From contig NC_009033.1 of NCBI RefSeq assembly GCF_000015945.1, positions 660,001 through 692,000 on the forward strand: DNA of 32,000 bases, in the 5' to 3' direction. Below the pieces are notes generated by a model. That model saw nothing but the letters and a program-made list of their open reading frames with translations, had not been told where the DNA came from and did no database searches. Made by a program: the position numbers and the translations under genes. Source of the DNA: Staphylothermus marinus F1. Its GTDB lineage: Archaea > Thermoproteota > Thermoprotei_A > Sulfolobales > Desulfurococcaceae. Shown one piece after another: positions 16,596-25,884 of this stretch (its first letter is position 1; every line of letters starts with the position of its first letter).

Positions 16596-18473
16596 ATGGG
16601 TAGAATCCTGCGTGTCAACTTATGGAGAAATAAATACTATATTGAGCCATTACCTCCAGAGACTGTTCTTAGAAGCTGGATCGGCGGAAGAGGATTAGGC
16701 GTTTACCTTGCACTAAAAGAGATTGATCCAAAAGCTGACCCCCTTGGTCCAAGGAATAAAGCATTTGTTATGACAGGGCCGATAACAGGTGTTGCAGGCG
16801 TACCAGAGTCTGGTAGATGGTGTAGTGTAACTAAGTCTCCGCTAACAGACACAATACATGATTCTCAGAGCGGTGGAAAATTTGGCCCTGAACTAAAGTT
16901 TGCAGGGTTTGATGCTGTTATATTAGAGGATGTTAGTGAGAAACCGGTGTATCTATGGATACATGATGGCAAAGTTGAGATCAGAGACGCTACTCATTTA
17001 TGGGGTAAAGATGTGCATGCAACCACTGATATAATCCAAGAAGAACTCGCACCCGAGATTGGTAGAGATGAAGCAAAGAAGATCAAGGTTCTAGCTATAG
17101 GGCCCGCTGGAGAAAACCTTGTAAGATTCGCTGCACTGATCAATGACAAGAGCAGAGCTGCTGGACGCGGTGGACACGGTGCTGTATGGGGTAGTAAAAA
17201 GATTAAAGCAATAGCTGTACGAGGCCATATGAAGCCTAAAGTTGCCAAAGAGGAAGTGTTTAAAGAAGTAGTCGCTAAAATGGTTAAGAAACATCGTGAA
17301 AGTCCTGTCACCTCAGAGGGATTACCCAAGCTGGGAACAGCTATACTTGTCAACATTATCAATAAAGCAGGTATCTTCCCAACAAGAAACTTCCGCACAG
17401 GAGTATTCGAGGGGGCAGAGAAAATCAGTGGCGAAACACTTGCAGAGAAATATCTTGACAAAAAGAAAAGCATTGAAGAATCATGCTGGGGCTGTGTAAT
17501 TACTTGTGCAAGATATACTAAGATAAAGAATTCCCCGTTCAGCGGTGAAGGAGGAGGCCCAGAATACGAGACAATCTGGGCGTTCGGAGCACAGACGGGA
17601 ACAGATAATCTAGAAGCAATTAGCAAGGCTAATTTTCTATGTAACGAGCTAGGACTCGACACTATAAGTATGGGACATACTATCGGCACACTCATGGAGC
17701 TTGTCGAGATGGGCAAGATCCCTCCAGAGAAGCTTCGCGGACTAAATGTTAAATGGGGTTCTCCAGAGGCCATAGTTGAGCTTGTGTGGAGGACAGCTTA
17801 TAGGAGCGGTATAGGTGATGAATTAGCTGAGGGTTCTTGGAGGCTAGCAAACAAATATGGTGCACCAGAAGTATCAATGAGTGTTCGTAAACAAGAGCTT
17901 CCAGCATATGATCCGAGAGGAGCGCAGGGTCATGGTTTAGCATATGCTACAAGCAATCGTGGAGGCTGCCACTTGAGAGCCTACATGATATCTCCAGAAG
18001 TTTTAGGAGTCCCATCACTAGTGGATAGGTTCTCAACTAAGGGTAAACCAGCTCTAGTTAAAGAGTTCCAAGATGTCTTCGCCGTTATAGACTCTATGGT
18101 TGTATGTAAATTCTCCAGCTTCGCCATATGGGACGAAGACTATGCTGAAATAATAAGTGCTGTAACAGGCTGGGATATCTCCAAGGAAGAAGTACACAGG
18201 ATCGGTGAGAGAATATATAATGCTGAAAGAGCATTCAACGTGCTAAGTTTTGGTGATGGAAGAGAATATGATACATTACCAAAGAGACTCCTAGAAGAAC
18301 CAATGCCGGAGGGACCAGCAAAAGGACATGTTGTCAGGCTAAACGAGATGCTAGACGAATACTATAAGCTAAGAGGATGGATAGATGGAAGACCAACAAG
18401 AGCAAAACTAGAAGAACTAGGGCTTAAATGGGTAGCGGACAGATTAGAAGAAGAAGGCCTATTACCCGGCTAA
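16596..18473 (+). CDS. aor: Tungsten-containing aldehyde:ferredoxin oxidoreductase (AOR family)
   Basis: 625 aa starting MGRILRVNL. AOR-family motifs are present throughout: GGRGLG, ESGRW, GGHGAVWGSKKIKAI, CWGCVITC (the 4Fe-4S ligand pattern CxxCxxxC), GPEYETIWAFG, LGLDTIS, RGGCHLRAYM. The start is moved from the track's 16551 to ATG 16596. Confidence 0.93.
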   Translation: MGRILRVNLWRNKYYIEPLPPETVLRSWIGGRGLGVYLALKEIDPKADPLGPRNKAFVMTGPITGVAGVPESGRWCSVTKSPLTDTIHDSQSGGKFGPELKFAGFDAVILEDVSEKPVYLWIHDGKVEIRDATHLWGKDVHATTDIIQEELAPEIGRDEAKKIKVLAIGPAGENLVRFAALINDKSRAAGRGGHGAVWGSKKIKAIAVRGHMKPKVAKEEVFKEVVAKMVKKHRESPVTSEGLPKLGTAILVNIINKAGIFPTRNFRTGVFEGAEKISGETLAEKYLDKKKSIEESCWGCVITCARYTKIKNSPFSGEGGGPEYETIWAFGAQTGTDNLEAISKANFLCNELGLDTISMGHTIGTLMELVEMGKIPPEKLRGLNVKWGSPEAIVELVWRTAYRSGIGDELAEGSWRLANKYGAPEVSMSVRKQELPAYDPRGAQGHGLAYATSNRGGCHLRAYMISPEVLGVPSLVDRFSTKGKPALVKEFQDVFAVIDSMVVCKFSSFAIWDEDYAEIISAVTGWDISKEEVHRIGERIYNAERAFNVLSFGDGREYDTLPKRLLEEPMPEGPAKGHVVRLNEMLDEYYKLRGWIDGRPTRAKLEELGLKWVADRLEEEGLLPG

Positions 18474-18485
18474 ATAAAAACAATA

Positions 18486-18493
18486 TTTTTTTT
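18486..18493 (+). terminator. Oligo-T (T8) tract, likely archaeal intrinsic terminator for aor
   Basis: TTTTTTTT lies 13 nt after the aor stop codon. Archaeal RNA polymerase terminates at oligo-T runs. Confidence 0.4.
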
Positions 18494-18594
18494 CCACTAA
18501 AATCATCCTATTAGACTGTTTCCAAATAATTATTTACCAAAGTATTAGTAATTCTCTCAAGAACAAGAGAGGCTCCTAGGTAAGGTAGTTAAGA

Positions 18595-19011
18595 GTGAGT
18601 AAAAATAATATGGAAACACATAAGTTAAGCAACGGGTTTATCTCTGAAGAAATTGTTAGGGCTTATGCAACATACCTTATAGTAAGAGGAGATGCTGAGA
18701 AAGCTTTATCAATGCTTTCAATATATTATAGGATAATAACTCCCAGGATCAGAATAGGTTTGCCTAAAAAGCATTCTAAAGCTTTAGGATGCTATGATCC
18801 TGTTAAGAAAACTATATGTCTTCGAAGCAGTGAAGAATATAGGAATCCATTTGTAATTCTCCACGAATATTATCATCACTTGAGGAATTCGAGAAGAGAA
18901 TATCTTGGAAACGAGAAATACGCTGATAGATACGCATTAAAATCTATAATGTATTTTAAAGAATTATTAAGAACAAGTATTCGTTTAGATAAAGTATTTA
19001 ATTCTTTATAA
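18595..19011 (+). CDS. Small HExxH-motif protein (putative Zn-metallopeptidase-like / SprT-like fold; unknown function)
   Basis: The motif ...NPFVILHEYYHHLRN (H-E-x-x-H) is preceded by ...KKTICLRSSE. The start is uncertain (GTG 18595 or ATG 18610). Confidence 0.4.
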   Translation: MSKNNMETHKLSNGFISEEIVRAYATYLIVRGDAEKALSMLSIYYRIITPRIRIGLPKKHSKALGCYDPVKKTICLRSSEEYRNPFVILHEYYHHLRNSRREYLGNEKYADRYALKSIMYFKELLRTSIRLDKVFNSL

Positions 19012-19172
19012 GCTTTCTAGATTCTCACTGCGAAATACATGTATTCTTCAAGCCAAGATCATGGGGAAACCTTTATATCTTTCTAAAACATATCTATGTG
19101 AATAATACATTCGGCTATTTAGGAGTATGTATAAGTAGTTATACTATATACAGGTATGGGTAGGTAATAGTA

Positions 19173-20345
19173 ATGGACCTACTATGGTTTACTATAGGGG
19201 TTTTAGCGGCTTTCTTCGTTGCATGGAATAATGGATCGAACAATGCACCAAACGCTATTGGAACAGCTGTTGGTGCAAAAGTACTTGATGTTAGGAAAGC
19301 ATTAATGATAGCTACAATAGCTAGTTTCGCTGGATCCATTAGTTTAGGAATATACGTAACAGATACTGTGATGAGAGGTATAGTTAACACTCTCAATATG
19401 CCTGCACCATATGTTGTTAAAGGAATGGTCTCTGTATTGTTAGCAACCGGTGTATGGACATTGATCAGTACATATCTTAAGGTGCCTATGAGTGTTCATG
19501 TAGAAATAATTGGTGGCATAATTGGTTTTGGCTTATCAATTGGTTCCTCCTTTATAAGCTGGGGAACAGTATTGAAGATCATGGTTGCATGGTTAATTGT
19601 TCCATTTGCGGCAGCAGGTATAGCTTATATATTGTATCCAGTATTCAGCCGTTCATTCAGGGAGAAAAGACTTGCAAAAACCTCTCTAATAGCCGCATCA
19701 TATATTACAGCTACAACCCCTACTATTCTTATATTGGTAAAAACTATTAGTGTATCAAGCATAGTTTACGCATCAATTACAACAATAATTATTGGCACAT
19801 TAGCAACAATCATAGTATATCTATACTGGAAAAGAAGAATAGCTGAAGGAGGCTCGCCCCTGCATGAGGCATCCAGGATATTATTAATAATGGTTGCTGC
19901 CGCTATGGCTTTCTCCTTCGGATCAAACGATGTAGCCAACTCTGCTGGGCCCTTAGCAGCAATACTATATGCTCTGGGAATCAAGGAATCCTTAACAGCT
20001 ATGTGGATTGCAATTATCGTAGCATCAATAGGTCTCTCAGCAGGCATTATTATGTGGGGATCGAAGATCATAGATACCATTGGAGAAAAAATCTCTCCCC
20101 TAACACCCCCCACAGCCTACGTAGCACAATTGTCAGCAACACTAACTATGTTAGTCGCTTCAAGACTAGGACTACCAGTATCAACATCAATGGCAATCGT
20201 TGGAGGAGTAATGGGTGTAGGATTCTCGAGGGGGACACGAAGCGTTAACCTAAAACTACTAGCTAGAATCTTTACTCTATGGCTAATATCCCTTCCAGCA
20301 ACAATGAGCATAGCTTATTTACTCACAATCAGCCTACTCATCTAG
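19173..20345 (+). CDS. PiT-family inorganic phosphate (or sulfate) transporter
   Basis: It carries the duplicated PHO4/PiT signature NGSNNAPNAIGTAVGAKVL (N-terminal half) and FGSNDVANSAGPLAA (C-terminal half), and is polytopic. Confidence 0.85.
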   Translation: MDLLWFTIGVLAAFFVAWNNGSNNAPNAIGTAVGAKVLDVRKALMIATIASFAGSISLGIYVTDTVMRGIVNTLNMPAPYVVKGMVSVLLATGVWTLISTYLKVPMSVHVEIIGGIIGFGLSIGSSFISWGTVLKIMVAWLIVPFAAAGIAYILYPVFSRSFREKRLAKTSLIAASYITATTPTILILVKTISVSSIVYASITTIIIGTLATIIVYLYWKRRIAEGGSPLHEASRILLIMVAAAMAFSFGSNDVANSAGPLAAILYALGIKESLTAMWIAIIVASIGLSAGIIMWGSKIIDTIGEKISPLTPPTAYVAQLSATLTMLVASRLGLPVSTSMAIVGGVMGVGFSRGTRSVNLKLLARIFTLWLISLPATMSIAYLLTISLLI

Positions 20346-20520
20346 CTCTCCTGCATATAAAATCTTAGAATGATTAATTAACCCTGTACAACAGCATTGT
20401 ATCAAAGCGAAAAACACTAAAATTTTGCTCTTTGATAACAATCATTAATTATCTCAATTTGACTAGTTAAATAATGAGCTAACTCATAATCCCATATATG
20501 AGAAATACTTAGGTGATATA

Positions 20521-20907
20521 ATGTCTTTTGAGGAAGCAGATATTATTAAGAGGAGAGCATATGCTTTCCTACGAAATGCTAAAAGACTTATTAGTGAGGG
20601 AGAATATGACCTAGCTGTTTTCTGCCTAGAACAATATTGTCAATTGATCTTAAAATACCAACTACTTATTAAAAAAGGATCATATCCTAGAACGCATTCA
20701 CTTAGAAGACTGATCAGAGAACTCGGAGAATTTAATAGAGAAATACTAGTGCTTGTAGATGATATTAAAAATCTCCATTACATAGCAAGACTTGAAGAAG
20801 CATATATTGCATCAAGATATCTACCAATAACATATGAGGAGAAAGAATCAAAAGATCTTATAAGATTCGTTGAAGAGGTGTTTAAACCTATTGTCGAGAA
20901 AATATGA
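20521..20907 (+). CDS. HEPN-domain protein (toxin-like partner of the downstream MNT)
   Basis: 128 aa, all-helical. It has the N-terminal ...RAYAFLRNAKRLISEGEYDLAV pattern and a YPRTHSLRRL motif shared with the second HEPN at 28419-28832. It overlaps a minimal nucleotidyltransferase gene. Confidence 0.7.
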   Translation: MSFEEADIIKRRAYAFLRNAKRLISEGEYDLAVFCLEQYCQLILKYQLLIKKGSYPRTHSLRRLIRELGEFNREILVLVDDIKNLHYIARLEEAYIASRYLPITYEEKESKDLIRFVEEVFKPIVEKI

Positions 20908-21211
20908 AAATAAAATATATGATCAATTAAAAAATTATAGACGCATAGCAGAAGAAGTGAAAAAAATTATTAAAAAAATAGATCCAGAAGCCAAAATATA
21001 CGTCTTTGGATCTGTTGTTCGAGGCAAATTTACAGGAGCAAGCGATATAGACATCTTAGTAATAACATACAAAATCGATAAGAAATACGACATAATGGTT
21101 AATGTATATAGAGAAATAGATGCACCAATAGAATTACACATAGTTACTCAGGAAATGTATGAGAGATGGTATAAAAAATTCATTAATGAAAAAGAACTAG
21201 TAAATATTTAA
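20870..21211 (+). CDS. Minimal nucleotidyltransferase (MNT, Pol-beta superfamily), partner of HEPN
   Basis: VFGSVVRGKFTGASDIDILV matches GSxxRGxxxxxSDxDxLV. There is no in-frame ATG. The start is TTG 20870 or, more likely, TTG 20891, which overlaps the HEPN 3' end. Confidence 0.8.
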   Translation: MKRCLNLLSRKYENKIYDQLKNYRRIAEEVKKIIKKIDPEAKIYVFGSVVRGKFTGASDIDILVITYKIDKKYDIMVNVYREIDAPIELHIVTQEMYERWYKKFINEKELVNI

Positions 21212-21684
21212 ACACAGAAGTTTCCATATACTAATATTCTATATAAACACCATAGTGAACATATATGGTTAATAGTACACTTATAAGCGTCTAAACGATT
21301 CCTTCAGCTAGCTTCTTAGTAACCTTCACTATACTCATACAACATGATATTACTACCATATAAAGGTACTACTCGACAAAAGTAACAATATATAGTGATG
21401 TAGCTAAAACATCTTTATATTTATATTATTTTAGAGTAAAGCACTCCTATGATTTTAAATGCTGTCATAGCCTGTGGAAACTTTTCTTCACATATATCTT
21501 GTATCTTGATATGTTATTGTAAAATCCATAAATGCTTCTGTTTCGAACTCTATATAATATTTTACTATCTCTGCTTAAACACTGTATTCATGTCGAGAAG
21601 ATATAAGGATATTGATGAACTATATGGGATACTGTAGTTAACTTTATTAGTTTACAAATGGATGTTTGTAGTTGGTGTTAACGT

Positions 21685-21924
21685 ATGGGGGATACTGTAG
21701 TTATTGGTATTAGGATTCCTAGGTGGGTTAGGGATGAGCTTAAGAGGCTTGGTATTGATTATTCTAGGGAGATACGCGAATATCTTATCAAACGCGTTAG
21801 AGAGGAGCGTGGCAGGAGGCTTATAAGAGAGATTAATGAACTTATGGAAAGTATTGGTCGTGTAGAAGGTAATCTATCAGCACGCTTCATTAGAGAGGAT
21901 AGGGATAAGAGTTGGAGCGAGTAG
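21685..21924 (+). CDS. vapB: VapB-type antitoxin (ribbon-helix-helix-like)
   Basis: 79 aa: MGDTVVIGIRIPRWVRDELKRLGIDYSREIREYL (a beta-alpha-alpha RHH pattern). It overlaps the downstream PIN gene by 13 nt. Confidence 0.65.
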   Translation: MGDTVVIGIRIPRWVRDELKRLGIDYSREIREYLIKRVREERGRRLIREINELMESIGRVEGNLSARFIREDRDKSWSE

Positions 21925-22361
21925 TTGCTGACTCAAATGTTTTAGTAAAATGGTTTATACCCGAAGAATACAGCGAATACGCCAAACTTATGAGGGACAA
22001 CCACCTCCTTGGGCGAATAGAAGTGGTTGCCCCCATCTATGCTCTTCTCGAAATATATAATGCCCTAACAAAATATTATATTAGAAAAATCCTTGACAGA
22101 GAAAAACTATCTAAAATAATACATCTCCTACATGAATCAAGGATCAACTTCATAAATATTGAGAGAACAATCCTAGATAAAGCATTAAAATATAGTTTAG
22201 AAAACCATGTAACAATATATGATGCATACTATATCGTTCTAGCTTACGAGTTAAAAACAATAACTTATACAGCAGATGAAAAACTATTAAAAAACCTTAA
22301 AAACAAAGAGCCAAGGCTGAAACACATAAAGGATTACAGATATGAAGACAAATATAAATAA
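21912..22361 (+). CDS. vapC: PIN-domain ribonuclease toxin VapC
   Basis: N-terminal VVADSNVLVKWF (first conserved Asp), ...LLEIYNAL..., IYDAYYIVLA, and a C-terminal ..YTADEKL. Confidence 0.75.
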   Translation: MERVVADSNVLVKWFIPEEYSEYAKLMRDNHLLGRIEVVAPIYALLEIYNALTKYYIRKILDREKLSKIIHLLHESRINFINIERTILDKALKYSLENHVTIYDAYYIVLAYELKTITYTADEKLLKNLKNKEPRLKHIKDYRYEDKYK

Positions 22362-22525
22362 TACAAAAATCACGAGCTTTTCTAACAATAATCTATAAAT
22401 AATGCTTCAACTAAATTCTTAAAATAATTATTACCTTGTTTAATAATATTGGACAAGATATCTTTTTAATATATCATTAACCATTCACCATTCAATATAT
22501 TTATTCAATTTCTATATTATCTATT

Positions 22526-24825
22526 ATGGGAGGGATGGGAAGGAGTGGTGCAACCTTAATGATGAATGATCCACTTAGTCGTTTTAATAATGTTGTTGAG
22601 GAGAAACTGGGTTTTACTCTTAGAAAGTATCAAGAAGTTGTAGCAAGTGAAATAGTTGAATCTGTCAGAAAGGGATGTAAGTTTATCATTGTTTCCATGC
22701 CTACTGGTAGTGGTAAGACGTTGGTCGAGATGTTTACTGCATTTTATGGTTTAGAGAGTGGGGTCCCCCGCATATTGGTTTTAGAACCTACTAGGTTTCT
22801 ATGTGATCAAATGTATTCTGGAGCGAGCGGGAGTAGTGGAGGTGGGTTGTGGAGGATAGTGTTTGGGGATGCTGTGGGAAGAGAGTATGAAGGGGATTGT
22901 AGTAGTTTCTTAGAGCCGGGTAAAAAATCATTATATCAACTCCTCAAACAGCTTTGAAATGTGTTTCAATGTTTAGGAGAGATTTTAGAATGGTGATCAT
23001 TGATGAAGTCCATCATGCTTTCGGGGGGAGGTATTATTCAGAGCTATTAATGAATCTTAAACCAGACATTATAGTTGGGTTTACAGCTCTACTACCAAGT
23101 TATAAGAAATATAGGTTGGACCCTAGAGTTGAGAGCATTACTGGTGAACCATATCTGTTAACATATGATTTCAAAAAGTTGAAGGAGATCGATCAGGGCT
23201 ATAATCCTCCAAAAGCCATAGCAGACATGTTTGATTCTGAAATGAATGATCTTGAGAATAAAGTGTATGAGAAGCTGTTCAGATCATTAATTAGCGGAGA
23301 ACCCAGGATAATAAAGTTTCTAGAACTAACACTCGCACGTTATGGTAAAGAAGCTTTCTGCGAAAGCTATAAGAGAGCGTTGGATAAGGGTAAAATAATA
23401 CGTAGCAATGATCTTGATAGCCTATGTGGATCAAAAAGTTATTCACATAAAGCTAGAACACTAATAGATATCTTAACAGTTTATGATGCATGGGAGAACA
23501 ATAAGCTCAAACCAATCCTAATATATACCTCGCGTAAACCTACCGCATACGAGTTTGAGAAAGCCATAATACAGCATGGGAAAACACTACCTCTCAGAGT
23601 AGCTGTTCTAACAAGCGATATGAGGAGAGAGGAGAGGAGAAAGTTAATGGATAAAGCTAAGAGTGGAAACATAGACATTATAATCTCTACTCTTGTAGGT
23701 GAGGAGGGTATTGATATTCCAGAAGCAGGACTGCTAATAATGACGGATACACCGAAAAACCCTCTCAGATTCTATCAACGCATAGGACGGTTAATAAGAG
23801 GGTCTAGACGGCAGGAAAAAATAAAGTATCTCATCATAACACTTACACCTAAAACTATTGAGTACGGAGATTTAGAGGAAGCTTTATGGAATCTTTGTTT
23901 TAGAGAAGGAGTTGATCTCAGCTATGTAGTGATCAATATAGAGAAGAAAACTCTTAGTGAGAAAGTGCTAGATATAATTAACAGGTTCTCCAAGATCTAT
24001 CATAACATATCCATCCCATACACCCTCCTAGCCTTCGGGCAAGAACTCAGCGATCCACTAAACTATATTTTCAACCTAGTTAAGAGCCGAAAAGAATACG
24101 TGGATAAAATCAAAAAAGCTCTGGAATGGAGAATGCGGGTAGAGTCAGATGAGGATCTTGATGAAGCTATCTTCACCATCCTCACCTTCTACATGATCCG
24201 TTCAGACGATGTCAAGGAGATCTTTAAACCAATCGATAAAACTGTTAATAAGAGCACATTCAGCAAGAGCTTTAACCAAGCTATTAGAGAGGGGAAAATA
24301 TTTTACATCTACAACGTGGAAGCTGTTGCAGAAATAATTAATAGAAGGCTTCAAAAACTCTACAAGGACTATATATCTGGTGGGAAGAAATATGCTCATG
24401 ATAAATTCTTTAGAATTGACCGTAAATCAATCCTAAGATTATTCACCGAAGCATTCCCATACAATAATATCAATCATATAATTGATAAGCTTAGTGGAAG
24501 AAGGAAAAAGCATGAAGAGTATTTAGACCGAATGGTGAAGAGTAAGCTTCTCGAAAAACCCCATATATGGGTGGATATGGGGAAGTATAATCAGAAAAAT
24601 AAGAGTCTTTCACCACAAGTAATAATATCTCTTAGCTTAAACAACATATGGATCGAGTTAAATACTCTAATAAACTACTATGATTTAAGCGAGAAACTAT
24701 ACGGGGATAAAGCCGTTAAGGAATTAATTGAGGAAAACCTGTATGCAATAGGTTATGAAGCTGTTCGGAAATTCATTGACTGGTACATTGAAGAGGAGAT
24801 TAGTGGAATGGTGGATGAGGGTTGA
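22526..24825 (+). pseudogene. Superfamily-2 DExH helicase (Hef/RIG-I-like layout with inter-RecA insertion) plus ~330-aa uncharacterised C-terminal region, split by a -1 frame change in an A6 run
   Basis: ORF1 (22526-22957) carries motif I MPTGSGKT and motif Ia VLEPTRFL. The ORF2 frame, read from 22924, gives K-IIISTPQTAL (Ib), VIIDEVHHA (II), FTALLP (III), TLVGEEGIDIPEAG (V) and QRIGRLIRG (VI). The frames meet at GGT-AAAAAA-TC (A run 22922-22927). One extra A would fuse them into a protein of about 765 aa. Confidence 0.8.
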
Positions 24826-25000
24826 AATTAATTGTTTAGGAGAAGCTATAAGTTGATCTTCTACTCTATCCTCCTACTTAGAATTATGTCTTCATATACT
24901 TTTCTTATATCTAGTTTTAATATGCAACTTGTATTTTCTGGTAGTTTTATAGGTTTATCTGTTTCAAAATAGACTGTATCCCCATTTATTCTAATCTTCC

Positions 25001-25807
25001 TTATCCCTTGGGATAGGTAGGAATTGTTTCCGTATTAAGATCTCGATCTATTACTAGTAGGTGTTTATTCGGTATTAGTTTCCAGTATGGTTCTTCGCTT
25101 ATTTTCTCTGAAGCCACGATCACTGCTTTTTCTCCATGTAATAGCTTCATTAGTATGAGTTGCCGTGTTTCTCGAGACAGCTTTCTTAGTTCGAGTTTTT
25201 CCCTTGGTCTCTCTAGGTAGTAGAGTGTATAATAGTCTAGACTGGTTGTAGCGTATCTTAGAGCATATAGTTTTCTACCGTCACTTGCGATAAAGTTTAG
25301 TGATGAGAAACTAATACCTTTATCAATTATCTTCTTAATAGTGCTCCTAATACCCTTTATAGGGTCTCCCATGTTCTCGGTCTCCTGGATTATTAGGTGA
25401 AATAATGCTTCAGAATCAGTATCTCCTTCAAGGTCTTGGTATTCTCTATGGAGAAGCCTCAATAATCGTCGCCGACCATGAATTGTTCCATTATGTGCGA
25501 AAACCCATCCTCTATATAGCCATGGATGAGTATTCTCCCTCCTAACCCTTCCAGCTGAGGCTAATCTAACATGTGAAACAATTATTTTTCCACGAACAAC
25601 TTTCTCAATAAGCCTTTCAGCTTCCCCAGAACTATATAGAGCTCTAGGCTCCTTATAGATCCTCCATTCCTCCCCGTTAAACCAAGCAATACCCCAACCT
25701 TCAGGGTTCCAAACAGATTGCTCAACAAAACTCTTCACAGGTGTCTCGTAAAAACTAAACCTTACATCAACAGGTTTATTAGCATATAAGCCAAATAATC
25801 TACACAT
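25001..25807 (-). CDS. Class-II (Ntn) glutamine amidotransferase, YafJ/GATase_4-like
   Basis: It starts MCRLFGLYANKP, so Cys is exposed after Met removal as the Ntn nucleophile. Later motifs are ...SHVRLASAG...NTHPW...FAHNGTI. The start is moved to ATG 25807 so that Cys is residue 2. Confidence 0.75.
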   Translation of the reverse strand: MCRLFGLYANKPVDVRFSFYETPVKSFVEQSVWNPEGWGIAWFNGEEWRIYKEPRALYSSGEAERLIEKVVRGKIIVSHVRLASAGRVRRENTHPWLYRGWVFAHNGTIHGRRRLLRLLHREYQDLEGDTDSEALFHLIIQETENMGDPIKGIRSTIKKIIDKGISFSSLNFIASDGRKLYALRYATTSLDYYTLYYLERPREKLELRKLSRETRQLILMKLLHGEKAVIVASEKISEEPYWKLIPNKHLLVIDRDLNTETIPTYPKG

Positions 25808-25884
25808 ATCCAACACCATTATCTAGGATCCTAAATTATAATGATAGGAAAAATAATTTGTCTAATTATAGATTATGATAGAGG

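Noticed and set aside
16994-17773. 259-aa minus-strand ORF, plus smaller ORFs at 17091-17294, 17296-17499 and 17749-17943
   Set aside because: All lie inside the strongly supported AOR coding region. The translations are S/P/L-rich shadow sequences without motifs.
19139-20311. ORFs 19139-19396(-), 19766-20113(-), 20003-20248(+) and 20117-20311(-)
   Set aside because: They overlap the PiT transporter gene, which carries both PiT signature motifs. They are antisense or off-frame shadows.
20385-20450. Imperfect hairpin TATCAAAGC...GCTCTTTGATA downstream of the PiT gene, considered as a terminator or ncRNA
   Set aside because: The stem needs a 2-nt bulge and has a 20-nt loop. Archaeal termination does not require hairpins, and there is no supporting conservation information.
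21449-21637. 62-aa Cys-rich ORF (MILNAVIACGNFSSHISCILICYCKIHKCF...)
   Set aside because: It lies in an AT-rich intergenic region, has a low-complexity translation and no RBS. Its 3' end is merely the first copy of the duplicated vapB 5' sequence.
24850-25000. About 50-codon minus-strand open frame (…IRKIRINGDTVYFETDKPIKLPENTSCILKLDIRKVYEDIILSRRIE) just downstream of the GATase gene, vaguely like small archaeal antitoxin-type (DUF104-like) proteins
   Set aside because: It has no ATG, GTG or TTG start in frame after the preceding stop. The similarity is only an impression.
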